In this document: piece after piece, positions 35,641 to 45,282 of the stretch | How the letters are laid out: each line of letters opens with the position of its first letter | How positions within the stretch are numbered: position 1 is the stretch's first letter | From: Paludibacteraceae bacterium | GTDB lineage: Bacteria; Bacteroidota; Bacteroidia; Bacteroidales; Paludibacteraceae | Assembly (NCBI GenBank): GCA_905233415.1 | Contig: CAJOEX010000003.1 | Coordinates: 21,630-85,629 of the forward strand | Length of the DNA: 64,000 bases | Direction of reading: 5' to 3' | Notes under the pieces: generated by a model | What the model saw: only the letters and a program-made list of their open reading frames with translations | What the model was told of the DNA's origin: nothing | Database searches by the model: none | Position numbers and translations under genes: made by a program

Positions 35641-35872
35641 CGCGATTTTTGGGGAGAACACAGAACGCGCTTAAGCTAAGGCTTGTGCGACTACGGGCAA
35701 AGCCCTTGCAAAGCACTACGCCTTGCTCAACGCTCTTCCTATCGCAAACACTTCGTTAGTTCGCGTCCGGGACCCCGAGAAAAGAATGAAGAAAACTGGC
35801 AATTGGCAATAAACAAACGACAATTAATCACATCAACAAAATAACGTAACAACATAAAATCAATATCATGAT

Positions 35873-37813
35873 ATGAGTTATTTGAATTTTGACAAAGCAC
35901 TATTGGTTAATCTGGAACGGTCATTGCAGAAAGAAATGATCCGTACCAACCGCGCAGGTGTGTACAACTCTACCACACTGGTTGATTGCAACACCCGCAA
36001 GTACCACGGGCAGTTGGTGCTGCCCCTGCCTCATTTGAGTGAGGACAATTATGTGCTGCTGAGTTCACTGGACGAGACCGTCATCCAACACGGCGCAGAG
36101 TTCAACCTCGGTCTGCACAAGTATGGAGAAAACAACTTCTCACCCAACGGACACAAGTACATTCGCGAATTTGACTGCGAAGTAATCGCCAAAACAACGT
36201 ACCGCGTAGGCGGCGTTATTCTGACTAAGGAACGCCTGCTTGTCAGCTTTGAGCCGCGCGTGCTGATCCGCTACACGCTGGAGGAGTGCGGTTCGCCGAT
36301 TACGATGCGTTTCCGTCCGTTCCTCGCTTTCCGCAGCGTGAACGAGCTGACGCATGAGAATAACCGCGCGAACGCAGACATGAACGATTGCGAGAACGGT
36401 CGTTTCAACCAGATGTATCCGGAATTCCCGCAACTGTTCATGCAGTTCTCAAAGAGTGTGGAGTACCACCATCAGCCGATGTGGTACAAGAACATCGAGT
36501 ATCAGAAGGAACAGGAGCGCGGCTACGAGTTCAAGGAAGACCTGCTTGTTCCGGGTTACTTCGAACTGCCGATGAAGAAAGGCGAAAGCATTATCTTCGC
36601 CGCCGGTATCAGCGAGACACAGACCCGCAACCTGAAAACGTTGTGGAAGAAAGAGCTGGAACGCAGAAACGTGCGCGACAACCTGTTCGAGTGCCTGAAG
36701 AATTCGGCATCGCAGTTCTACAAACGTGAGGACGACAAATGCTACCTGTTAGCAGGCTATCCGTGGTTCCATGCTTCAGCACGTGAGGAGTTCTTTGCCA
36801 CGCCGAGCTGCACATTAGATATAGACCGTCCGGAATATTGGGATGCGATTATTGACCAGACGGCAGTAGGCGAAGTGCGTGCGTTTATGGCAGACAGCCG
36901 TCATCCGTCGAAGATTCATGCGATGGACGAGCCGGATGCGCTGCTGTGGTTCGTTCGCGCGCTGCAGAAATATGCACACAAATATACCGTCAAGCAGGCG
37001 GCAGACAAATACGCCCAGTTGTGCGAAGATATCATTTCCTACTATCGCAAGCAGAACCATCCGCGTGCGGTTGTTCACCAGAACGGTCTGATTTGGATGG
37101 ATGGTTCACAACAACCGGCAACCTGGATGAATGCCACCGAGAACGGTTGGCCGATTACGCCGCGTACGGGTTATGTGGTGGAAATCAATGCGTTGTGGTA
37201 CAATGCGATGCGCTTCACGGCAGAACTGATGCGCGAAGCCGGCAAGGAAGTCGGTGCTGACCTGATGGAATATCAGGCGGAAATCTGCAAGGATGCGTTC
37301 GTCAAGACGTTCTGGAACGGACTGTATCTCGATGACTACGTCATCAATGACTACCATAACAAGGAGGTTCGTCCGAATCAGGTTTGGGCAGTCGGTCTGC
37401 CGTACAGTCCGCTTGATAGAAAGCAGATGAAGGCAGTAGTGGATATCTGCACGAAGGAGCTGCTTACGCCGCGCGGACTGCGTACGCTGTCGCCGAAGAG
37501 CGGAGACTACAGACCGATTTACATCGGCGGACAGCTGGAGCGCGACCGCAACTTCCACAACGGACCGGTTTGGCCGTTCACGATTGCCGCTTACTCGCGG
37601 GCATACATGACCGTCTATAAGCAGAGCGGCGTCAGCTTCATGCAGCGTATGCTCGTCGGCTTTGAAGTGGAAATGGGCGAATTGTGTATCGGTACGCTCA
37701 ATGAGCTGTACGACGGCAATCCGCCGTACAAAGGACACGGCGGAATGAGTTATGCACCGTCCGTGGCTGCGGTAATTTCTGTCCTTGACACATTAAAGAA
37801 ATTCCAAGAATAA
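35873..37813 (+). CDS. Glycogen debranching enzyme family protein (amylo-alpha-1,6-glucosidase-like)
   Basis: 646 aa. N-terminal GDE_N-like LERSLQKEMIRTNRAGVYNSTTLVDCNTRKYHGQLV and a C-terminal (alpha/alpha)6 region ...GLRTLSPKSGDYRPIYIGGQLERDRNFHNGPVWPF. Confidence 0.85.
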   Translation: MSYLNFDKALLVNLERSLQKEMIRTNRAGVYNSTTLVDCNTRKYHGQLVLPLPHLSEDNYVLLSSLDETVIQHGAEFNLGLHKYGENNFSPNGHKYIREFDCEVIAKTTYRVGGVILTKERLLVSFEPRVLIRYTLEECGSPITMRFRPFLAFRSVNELTHENNRANADMNDCENGRFNQMYPEFPQLFMQFSKSVEYHHQPMWYKNIEYQKEQERGYEFKEDLLVPGYFELPMKKGESIIFAAGISETQTRNLKTLWKKELERRNVRDNLFECLKNSASQFYKREDDKCYLLAGYPWFHASAREEFFATPSCTLDIDRPEYWDAIIDQTAVGEVRAFMADSRHPSKIHAMDEPDALLWFVRALQKYAHKYTVKQAADKYAQLCEDIISYYRKQNHPRAVVHQNGLIWMDGSQQPATWMNATENGWPITPRTGYVVEINALWYNAMRFTAELMREAGKEVGADLMEYQAEICKDAFVKTFWNGLYLDDYVINDYHNKEVRPNQVWAVGLPYSPLDRKQMKAVVDICTKELLTPRGLRTLSPKSGDYRPIYIGGQLERDRNFHNGPVWPFTIAAYSRAYMTVYKQSGVSFMQRMLVGFEVEMGELCIGTLNELYDGNPPYKGHGGMSYAPSVAAVISVLDTLKKFQE

Positions 37814-37819
37814 TATACC

Positions 37820-39079
37820 ATGAAAGCACTAATGTTTGGATGGGAGTTTCCTCCCCATATCCTCGGCGGACTGGGAACTGCGAGTTACGGTTTGACTCGC
37901 GGCATGTCTTTGCAGGAGGATTTGCAGATTACCTTTGTTATTCCCAAACCGTGGGGCGATGAGGACCAGTCTTTCCTGAAGATTATCGGTGCCAACTCGA
38001 TACCCGTAGTTTGGAAGGACGCTGATTATGATTATGTCCGGCAGCGTATGGAAGGCCGTATGTCGCCGGAAGAGTTCTACCATTACCGTGACGGCATCCG
38101 TTACGATTACCGCCGCATCGGAACAGACGACCTCGGCTGCATCAATTTCTCGGGACGCTATCCCGACAACCTTGTTGAGGAAATCGGCAACTATGAGGCA
38201 GTGGCAAGTGTGCTGGCACACAGTCTGGACTTCGACATTATTCACAGCCACGACTGGCTGACCTATCCGGCAGGTGTATTCGCGAAACGTATCTCCGGCA
38301 AGCCGCTGGTTATTCACGTTCACGCAACGGACTTTGACCGCAGCCGTGGCAATGTCAATCCGACCGTTTATGCCATCGAGCGCCGCGGAATGGATGAGGC
38401 GGACCATATCATGTGCGTAAGTAACCTGACCCGTCAGACCGTGATTGAGAAATACGGACAGGACCCGTCGAAGGTTTCGACCGTACACAATGCGGTTGAG
38501 CCGCTGGCTAATCCGGACGAGTTTGTAAAGCACAAACGCAAGGACAAACTGGTGACGTTCCTCGGCCGTATCACGATGCAGAAAGGTCCCGAATACTTCG
38601 TGGAAGCTGCAGCACGTGTGCTGGACAAGACGGACGGCGTGCGGTTTGTAATGGCCGGTAGCGGTGATATGATGAACAAGATGATTGACCTCGTCGCCAA
38701 ACGCGGCATTGCCGACCGTTTCCACTTCCCGGGCTTCATGCGCGGCAAGCAGGTACAGGAGATTCTTGCGGATTCGGACGTATATATCATGCCGTCCGTG
38801 AGTGAGCCGTTCGGTATCTCGCCGCTGGAGGCAATGCAGGTGGGCTGTCCGAGTATCATCAGTCATCAGTCGGGCTGCGCAGAGATTCTGCAACACGCCA
38901 TCAAAACCGATTACTGGGACATTGATGCAATGGCGGACGCCATTTATGCGATTGTGAAATATCCCGCCATGTACAAGTCGCTGCATGAATTGGGCATGGA
39001 GGAAGTGAATAATATCAAGTGGTACGATGCTGGACTGAAGGTGCGTGCCATCTATGACAAAGTAATTAACCATTGGTAA
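37820..39079 (+). CDS. Glycosyltransferase family 4 (glycogen-synthase-like)
   Basis: MKALMFGWEFPPHILGGLGTASYGL..., and C-terminal ...MPSVSEPFGISPLEAMQVGCP (EX7E-type motif). The 414-aa minus-strand ORF 37829-39073 is its shadow. Confidence 0.85.
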   Translation: MKALMFGWEFPPHILGGLGTASYGLTRGMSLQEDLQITFVIPKPWGDEDQSFLKIIGANSIPVVWKDADYDYVRQRMEGRMSPEEFYHYRDGIRYDYRRIGTDDLGCINFSGRYPDNLVEEIGNYEAVASVLAHSLDFDIIHSHDWLTYPAGVFAKRISGKPLVIHVHATDFDRSRGNVNPTVYAIERRGMDEADHIMCVSNLTRQTVIEKYGQDPSKVSTVHNAVEPLANPDEFVKHKRKDKLVTFLGRITMQKGPEYFVEAAARVLDKTDGVRFVMAGSGDMMNKMIDLVAKRGIADRFHFPGFMRGKQVQEILADSDVYIMPSVSEPFGISPLEAMQVGCPSIISHQSGCAEILQHAIKTDYWDIDAMADAIYAIVKYPAMYKSLHELGMEEVNNIKWYDAGLKVRAIYDKVINHW

Positions 39080-39080
39080 T

Positions 39081-39127
39081 TACGATTTGAAGATTAGAAG
39101 ATTTGATAATTTGAAAATTTGAAGATT
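39081..39127. repeat. Word repeats built on ATTTGAAGATT, lying directly on the GH57 start codon
   Basis: tacgatttgaagattagaagatttgataatttgaaaatttgaagatt, immediately followed by ATG. Confidence 0.9.
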
Positions 39128-40417
39128 ATGAAAAATATTTGTTTTTGCATTCAAATGCACGCCCCGTACCGTCTGAAACGCTATCGTTTCTTTGATATCG
39201 GTCAAGACCATTACTACTACGACGACTCTGAAACCGAAGAGCGTATCACGTGGTTGGTAGAAAATTCGTATATGCCTCTGTGCCGCACGCTGCAGGAAAT
39301 GATTCGCCTGTCGAAAGGCAAATTCCATTGCGCGCTCGCCATCTCGGGTTCGATTCTGGAAGTGTTCCAGCAGTTTACGCCGGAAATGATTGACGTGCTG
39401 CGCGAACTGGCAGACAGCAAATGCGTCGAGTTCCTTGCAACGCCGTACGCTTATTCGCTGGTGGCTGAGTTCAACGAGAATGATTTCCGTGACCAGCTGG
39501 AGATGCAGGAGAAGGTTATCTCCGACCTGTTCGGCATGAAGCCCGCAACGGTTTGCAACGCCGAATTGCTGTATTCGGATGAAATCGCCTTCAATCTCCA
39601 GAAGTGGGGCTACAAAGTAGCCATGACCGAAGGTGCCAAGCATGTGCTTAGCTGGAAGTCACCGAACTACATGTATCAGTCGGCTGCTTCGGCAAAGATG
39701 AAAGTGCTGGTGCGCAATACTGCACTGAGTGATGAGTTGGCATTCCACTTCTCAGACCCGAACTGGGTGAACTTCCCGATGGATGCCGAGAAATATGCAA
39801 AGGCGCTGGTGGCACTTCCGGAAGATGAGGAAATCGTCAATATCTGGTTGGGTGCCGAGACCTTCGGCGGCAGACAGCGTGCTGAAACAGGAATCTTTGA
39901 GTTCCTCAAGGCGTTGCCGTATTATGCGTTGGAGAACGGTATCGGTTTCCTAACACCTGCTGAGGCTGCCAAGAAGCTGCCGGCAAAAGACGTGCTGTCT
40001 GTTCCGTATCCGCTGACATGGGCGGGTGAGGCAAAGGACCTGAGCATCTATACCGGAAACGACCTGCAACAGGAGGCTATCAATAAACTCTATAACGTGG
40101 CGGAGCGTGTACATCTGTGCTCGGACAAGCGTCTCAAACGCGACTGGCTCATGCTGCAGGATGTGAACTACCTGCACTTCATGAACCACATCGACCAAGG
40201 TGCAACGAATTACGAATCGGCTTACGACGCGTTCATCAACTACATGAACGTGCTGTCCGACTTCCTGCAGTTGGTTGACGAGCAATATCCGACCACTATT
40301 GAGAATGAGGAACTGAACTCGCTGCTCAAGACGATTAACGGTCAGGAGAAAGAGATTGCCCGCCTCGAAAAGGAACTCAAAGAGAAGAAGGCTGCCAAAG
40401 AGCCCAAGAAAAAGTAG
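39128..40417 (+). CDS. Glycoside hydrolase family 57 (alpha-amylase-type)
   Basis: MKNICFCIQMHAPYRLKRYRFFDIG...YYDD... is a GH57 N-terminal signature. The ORF-track TTG at 39119 lies inside the repeat, so I use the ATG at 39128. Confidence 0.85.
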   Translation: MKNICFCIQMHAPYRLKRYRFFDIGQDHYYYDDSETEERITWLVENSYMPLCRTLQEMIRLSKGKFHCALAISGSILEVFQQFTPEMIDVLRELADSKCVEFLATPYAYSLVAEFNENDFRDQLEMQEKVISDLFGMKPATVCNAELLYSDEIAFNLQKWGYKVAMTEGAKHVLSWKSPNYMYQSAASAKMKVLVRNTALSDELAFHFSDPNWVNFPMDAEKYAKALVALPEDEEIVNIWLGAETFGGRQRAETGIFEFLKALPYYALENGIGFLTPAEAAKKLPAKDVLSVPYPLTWAGEAKDLSIYTGNDLQQEAINKLYNVAERVHLCSDKRLKRDWLMLQDVNYLHFMNHIDQGATNYESAYDAFINYMNVLSDFLQLVDEQYPTTIENEELNSLLKTINGQEKEIARLEKELKEKKAAKEPKKK

Positions 40418-40420
40418 GAC

Positions 40421-42427
40421 GTGACGAAAAAGATTGGTGTTATAGTCTGTTTGCTGACGTTCCTCGCCGGTTCGCTTGGCGCGAAAACAAAGACTGTCAA
40501 GACGGTTATCCGTTCTTGGCAGTTGTCTGCTCCCACATACCAAGCCGACACGACAGCACTTGACACCACTTTTTTGAATCTGCCGATGCGCGACCCGCTG
40601 AACGATTACAGTATATCGAACGTTTGGAACGGTAGCTTGATTTCGCCGGTGGAGTCACGCATTTACTTCTCGCGGCTGAATACGATTGAAGATATATTCG
40701 GCAAAGCATATCAGCCGTTTGTGATTACGCCGAAGGATGTGAAGTTTTTCAACACGACGGTGCCGTACTCGAATATCGCCTACAAGAAAGGCTTTACGAC
40801 CTATCACGAGGAAAATGAGCTGGATTTTCTGTTTGCAGGCAATGTGAACAAGCGGCTGAATCTCGGTTTGCAGGCGGCATATCACAATGCGGCAGGGCAC
40901 TATCTCAATCAGGAAAACAAGCTGTTCAACGGCGCGGTGTTCGGTTCGTATAACGGCGACCATTATTCGCTGCAGGCTGCATTTACGTTTGCGACCATCA
41001 GCAACTTCGAGAACGGCGGAATAATCGATTTGGATGATTTGATGGGCACGTTGGAGCCGGAAGATATACCGGTCCGCATGAAAGGAATGTCGGGATACCG
41101 GTATCTCAGCGGCCTGCTCAACCACTACTATTCGATTACCGTTGAACGGGAACACCATGACTCGATTGAGATGAAGAATAACTTTGGCGAGAAGGAGAAG
41201 AAAGACACCGTCCGCATCGAATATGTCCCTGTCACGACCTTTGCCCATACGTTTGACCTCAATAACTCCACAAGGCGGTATATTGAGGAAGACGCGACGC
41301 AGGACTATTATACCGACACGTACCGTAACTGGTCGGAAACACGTGACTCAACCGATGTGCTGACAATTCGCAACACATTGTCCGTAACATTTGAAGAGGA
41401 GTTTAACACGTTGCTGAAATTCGGGGCGGTTGTATATGCGACCAATGAGTGCCAGCGGTTTTCTTATCCTGTGGGTGTCAGCGGCAAGGAGTTGCTGCGC
41501 TTTGACAATCCGTATGATACGCTGATGACTAATCCGTTGGTGTTCCAGGCATTGGACGCCTATCATTACCAATGGACGAACAATACGTTTGTGGGCGGTT
41601 CGATTTACAAGAATCGCGGTAAATGGGTGAAATACGGTTTTAATGGCGATGTGTGTGTATTCGGTTATAAATTAGGAGAGTTTCAGGTCAACGGTCACGT
41701 AAACGGCGATTTCAAAGTCGGCAAAGACACGATGTCGATTGCTGCATCGGCATTTTTCCGGAATGAGGCGCCGTCCTGGTACCTGAAGAATTATATCTCG
41801 AACCACTTCCGCTGGACGAATGACTTCACCAAACCGATGCGGTTCTACGTAGGCGGACACGTCGCTTATCCGACCAAGTGGGTGAAACCGAAAATCAAAG
41901 TCGGCTTTGAGAACATGACGAACCCGATTTGGTTCGATGCCACAGACGGCTTGCCGCATCAGTTTGACGGCAATGTCCAGATTATCAGTGTGGACGGACG
42001 TGTGGATTTGACGACGCCGTGGATCAATCTGGAGAATAATGTTGTTTGGCAGCACTCGACCTCGGATATCATGGCGTTGCCGATGATTACCTTATATCAT
42101 AACCTTTACTATCACGGCACGTGGTTCAAAGCGCTTGACGCCCAAATAGGTGTCGATTTGCGCTACCACACTGCCTATTATGCGCCGATACTGAATCCGG
42201 CAACCGGACAATTCTGCGCGCAAACGGAGTACAAAGTGGGAAACTATCCGGTAATGAATGTCTATATGAATTTCCATGTCCGTTCATTGCATTTGAATTT
42301 CTTTGCACATTATACGCATTTCAATCACTTGTTTATGCGCAAAAATACAGATTGCCAGATTATGCCGTTCTATCCCTATAATCCGGATGTGTTCAGGGCT
42401 GGATTGGCATGGTCGTTCTACAGATAA
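40421..42427 (+). CDS. Putative porin / outer-membrane beta-barrel protein
   Basis: GTG start 3 nt after the GH57 stop. Signal peptide IGVIVCLLTFLAGSLGA. It is aromatic-rich with alternating beta patterns and ends ...RAGLAWSFYR (terminal aromatic plus R). The family call is from memory of Bacteroidetes 'putative porin' proteins. Confidence 0.55.
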   Translation: MTKKIGVIVCLLTFLAGSLGAKTKTVKTVIRSWQLSAPTYQADTTALDTTFLNLPMRDPLNDYSISNVWNGSLISPVESRIYFSRLNTIEDIFGKAYQPFVITPKDVKFFNTTVPYSNIAYKKGFTTYHEENELDFLFAGNVNKRLNLGLQAAYHNAAGHYLNQENKLFNGAVFGSYNGDHYSLQAAFTFATISNFENGGIIDLDDLMGTLEPEDIPVRMKGMSGYRYLSGLLNHYYSITVEREHHDSIEMKNNFGEKEKKDTVRIEYVPVTTFAHTFDLNNSTRRYIEEDATQDYYTDTYRNWSETRDSTDVLTIRNTLSVTFEEEFNTLLKFGAVVYATNECQRFSYPVGVSGKELLRFDNPYDTLMTNPLVFQALDAYHYQWTNNTFVGGSIYKNRGKWVKYGFNGDVCVFGYKLGEFQVNGHVNGDFKVGKDTMSIAASAFFRNEAPSWYLKNYISNHFRWTNDFTKPMRFYVGGHVAYPTKWVKPKIKVGFENMTNPIWFDATDGLPHQFDGNVQIISVDGRVDLTTPWINLENNVVWQHSTSDIMALPMITLYHNLYYHGTWFKALDAQIGVDLRYHTAYYAPILNPATGQFCAQTEYKVGNYPVMNVYMNFHVRSLHLNFFAHYTHFNHLFMRKNTDCQIMPFYPYNPDVFRAGLAWSFYR

Positions 42428-42457
42428 ATGAGTAAATAAAATGTCAAATAAATAATA

Positions 42458-42483
42458 AAATCGTAAATCGTAAAATCGTAAAT
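42458..42483. repeat. AAATCGTA tandem words in the Clp ATPase leader
   Basis: aaatcgtaaatcgtaaaatcgtaaat ends 7 nt before the ATG at 42491. Confidence 0.85.
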
Positions 42484-42490
42484 TACATAG

Positions 42491-44743
42491 ATGCCACAAA
42501 CAGTAAGACTAAATAAGATTTTGATTTATTCCCGCGAGGAAGCGGAGCGTCTGCGCAACCCGCAAATCGAGCCCGAACATTTGTTGTTGGGCATTTTGCG
42601 CTTGCAGGAAGGCACCGCATACGACTTGCTGGTTCGTGCCGGTTGCGCGCCGACAGATGCCAAGTTGCACCTGGATATGGCAATGAGCGAAGTCAGTTCG
42701 GACCTCATTGAACCTATACGGCGAAGCGTTGAAGTGGAGCGTATTCTGCGTGTTGCGGAAGGAGAAGCGCGCCAATATAACGATGAAGCGGTTGGGTCGG
42801 TGCATTTGCTGCTGGCTATTCTGCACGAGCGAATCAATGGGGCGGCTGTCTATCTTGAATCCGCGTGGGAGATTACCTATGACCGCATAGCCGAACTGTA
42901 TCCCAAGCAGCAGACTATTCCGAGAGGCGCCAACGGTCAGTCTTCCGACGTGGAGGATGCGCCGCAGAAGCCGCAGGAACCTGAACGCAAATCACGTGAC
43001 AGAAAGTCTCCGAACGGTACTCCGTCGTTGGATAAATATGGTCGCGATTTGACCAAACAGGCTTCCGAGGGGCGTTTGGACCCTGTTATCGGTCGTGAGA
43101 TAGAGATAGAACGTGTCATGCAGATTCTTTCACGGCGCAAGAAAAACAATCCTATTCTTATCGGCGAGCCCGGCGTGGGGAAGTCGGCGATTGTGGAAGG
43201 GCTGGCGTTGCGTATCGTCAATCACGAAGCGGAAGCACTCAGCAACAAGCGCATCGTGACGCTTGACATTGCATCTATGGTGGCAGGCACCACTTACCGC
43301 GGACAGTTTGAGGAACGCATGAAGAATGTGATTTCCGAGCTGCAGAACCACCATGAGATAATTCTCTTTATTGACGAAATACACACGATTATAGGGGCGG
43401 GTAACGCACAAGGTTCACTTGATGCGGCGAATATTCTCAAACCGGCACTGGCGCGCGGAGAAGTGCAATGTATCGGCGCAACCACCACCAATGAATACCG
43501 CGTTTCCATTGAGAAAGACGGCGCATTGGAACGTCGTTTCCAAAAGATTCTGGTGCGCCCGACAACCACCGAAGAAACGCTTGAGATATTGCATAACCTG
43601 TCGGTCCGTTACTCCGATTTTCACCGTGTGGATTATACCGATGAAGCCTTGAAGGCCTGCGTAACGCTGGCGGAACGCTATATTACAGACCGTGCTTTTC
43701 CGGACAAGGCTATTGATGTGATGGACGAAGCGGGTGCGCGAAAGCATACGGATTCCGCTTCTGCCAAACGTCCTGTTGTCAACGAAGATGATATTGCCAA
43801 TGTGGTGGCAATGATGTCCGGAGTGCCTGTCCAGCGGGTACGAAAAGCCGAAACGGAACGCTTGCGGACAATGGGCGAAGCGTTGCGTAAACGCGTTATC
43901 GGTCAGGATGAGGCGGTGGAAACGGTAGTCAAGGCGATTCAGCGGTCGCGATTAGGACTGCGTGACCCGAAACGACCAATCGGGACATTCTTCTTCCTCG
44001 GCCCGACAGGAGTGGGAAAAACGCACTTGGCACAATGCCTCGCAGAGGAAATGTTCGGCAGCAAGGATGCCGTTATACGCTTTGACATGTCCGAATATAT
44101 GGAGAAACATACGGTTTCACTCCTTGTGGGTGCGCCTCCGGGATATGTAGCTCATGAAGACGGCGGCAAACTGACCGAAGCCGTTCGCCGCAAACCTTAT
44201 TCCATCGTGCTTTTTGATGAAATAGAGAAAGCGCATCCGGACATCTTCAATGTGCTTTTGCAAGTGCTGGACGAAGGTCGTCTTACCGACCGGCAAGGGC
44301 ACGTGGTGGATTTCAAGAACACGATAATAATCCTTACGTCCAATGTAGGTACACGCCAACTGAAGGACTTTGGTAGCGGAATCGGTTTTGATGCCGGCGA
44401 ACTTGACCCGAAAACGCAGAAAAGTACGCTGATGAAGGCACTGAACAAGACTTTCCCGCCTGAATTTGTGAACCGAATTGACAATGTTGTCGTTTTCTCT
44501 TCGCTGGAGAAACAAACCCTGGAGAAAATCCTTGACATTGAGATAGAAGCACTCCGCAAGCGTCTCAAAGCACAGGGACACCACTTGCAAGTGTCCGAGG
44601 AAGCAAAACAGCAAATGCTTGAAAGTGCCGACACCAAACAATACGGCGCACGACCTGTTAAACGTGCTGTGCAGACTTATTTGGAGGACAAGATAACAAC
44701 CAGGCTCCTCGCTAATCCGAAAATTAAAACCATTAAAATATAA
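42491..44743 (+). CDS. Clp-family AAA+ unfoldase (ClpA-like architecture: Clp_N, D1, D2, no middle domain)
   Basis: Clp_N repeats ([13 protein letters not shown] / [10 protein letters not shown]). Two Walker A motifs, GEPGVGKSA and GPTGVGKTH. There is an IGF loop (GSGIGFDAG), and only about 14 residues separate the end of D1 from the D2 linker. Confidence 0.85.
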   Translation: MPQTVRLNKILIYSREEAERLRNPQIEPEHLLLGILRLQEGTAYDLLVRAGCAPTDAKLHLDMAMSEVSSDLIEPIRRSVEVERILRVAEGEARQYNDEAVGSVHLLLAILHERINGAAVYLESAWEITYDRIAELYPKQQTIPRGANGQSSDVEDAPQKPQEPERKSRDRKSPNGTPSLDKYGRDLTKQASEGRLDPVIGREIEIERVMQILSRRKKNNPILIGEPGVGKSAIVEGLALRIVNHEAEALSNKRIVTLDIASMVAGTTYRGQFEERMKNVISELQNHHEIILFIDEIHTIIGAGNAQGSLDAANILKPALARGEVQCIGATTTNEYRVSIEKDGALERRFQKILVRPTTTEETLEILHNLSVRYSDFHRVDYTDEALKACVTLAERYITDRAFPDKAIDVMDEAGARKHTDSASAKRPVVNEDDIANVVAMMSGVPVQRVRKAETERLRTMGEALRKRVIGQDEAVETVVKAIQRSRLGLRDPKRPIGTFFFLGPTGVGKTHLAQCLAEEMFGSKDAVIRFDMSEYMEKHTVSLLVGAPPGYVAHEDGGKLTEAVRRKPYSIVLFDEIEKAHPDIFNVLLQVLDEGRLTDRQGHVVDFKNTIIILTSNVGTRQLKDFGSGIGFDAGELDPKTQKSTLMKALNKTFPPEFVNRIDNVVVFSSLEKQTLEKILDIEIEALRKRLKAQGHHLQVSEEAKQQMLESADTKQYGARPVKRAVQTYLEDKITTRLLANPKIKTIKI

Positions 44744-44747
44744 TAGT

Positions 44748-45062
44748 ATGACTTACGAAGTAACAGACACCAACTTTGGAAACTTGTTGGCGGAGGGTAA
44801 ACCCCTTGTAGTAGATTTTTGGGCGCCGTGGTGTGGCCCGTGTAAGATGATGTTGCCCATCGTGGATGAATTGGCAGCAGAGTATAGTGGCCGCATTAAT
44901 GTCGGCAAACTCAATGTGGACGAGAACAGCGAGGTTTGCGAGCAGTACGGAATCATGAATATTCCGACGATGTTGTTCTTCAAGAACGGCGAACTTGTGG
45001 ACCGCCACGTAGGGGCCTGCCGCAAAGCAGATTTGCAGAAGCTTTTTGACGCTTTGCTGTAA
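44748..45062 (+). CDS. trxA: Thioredoxin
   Basis: 104 aa, with VVDFWAPWCGPCKM and ...IPTMLFFKNGE. Confidence 0.9.
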   Translation: MTYEVTDTNFGNLLAEGKPLVVDFWAPWCGPCKMMLPIVDELAAEYSGRINVGKLNVDENSEVCEQYGIMNIPTMLFFKNGELVDRHVGACRKADLQKLFDALL

Positions 45063-45133
45063 AGCTCAAGTGGCAGTTTTGTGAAAAAAACATTAAAAAA
45101 ACAGAATTATTTGTTTATTTGAAAAAAAAGTAG

Positions 45134-45141
45134 TAATTTTG
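45134..45141 (+). promoter_or_regulatory. -7 box TAatTTTG upstream of tRNA-Arg and rpoD
   Basis: taattttg lies about 48 nt upstream of the first tRNA nucleotide. Confidence 0.5.
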
Positions 45142-45188
45142 CGCGTTTTTTCGGTTTCGTGCCAAAAAGTGCGTGTGCCGAACGCGAT

Positions 45189-45262
45189 GGTCTGGTAGCT
45201 CAGTTGGATAGAGCAACAGCCTTCTAAGCTGTGGGTCCCGGGTTCGAATCCCGGCCGGATCA
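45189..45262 (+). tRNA. tRNA-Arg (anticodon TCT)
   Basis: Folded by hand. Acceptor GGTCTGG/CCGGATC (two G-U pairs); D arm GCTC-AGTTGGATA-GAGC; anticodon arm ACAGC-CTTCTAA-GCTGT; 5-nt variable loop; T arm CCGGG-TTCGAAT-CCCGG; discriminator A. 74 nt, with no encoded CCA. Confidence 0.9.
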
Positions 45263-45282
45263 CATAATAACATTAAAGATAC

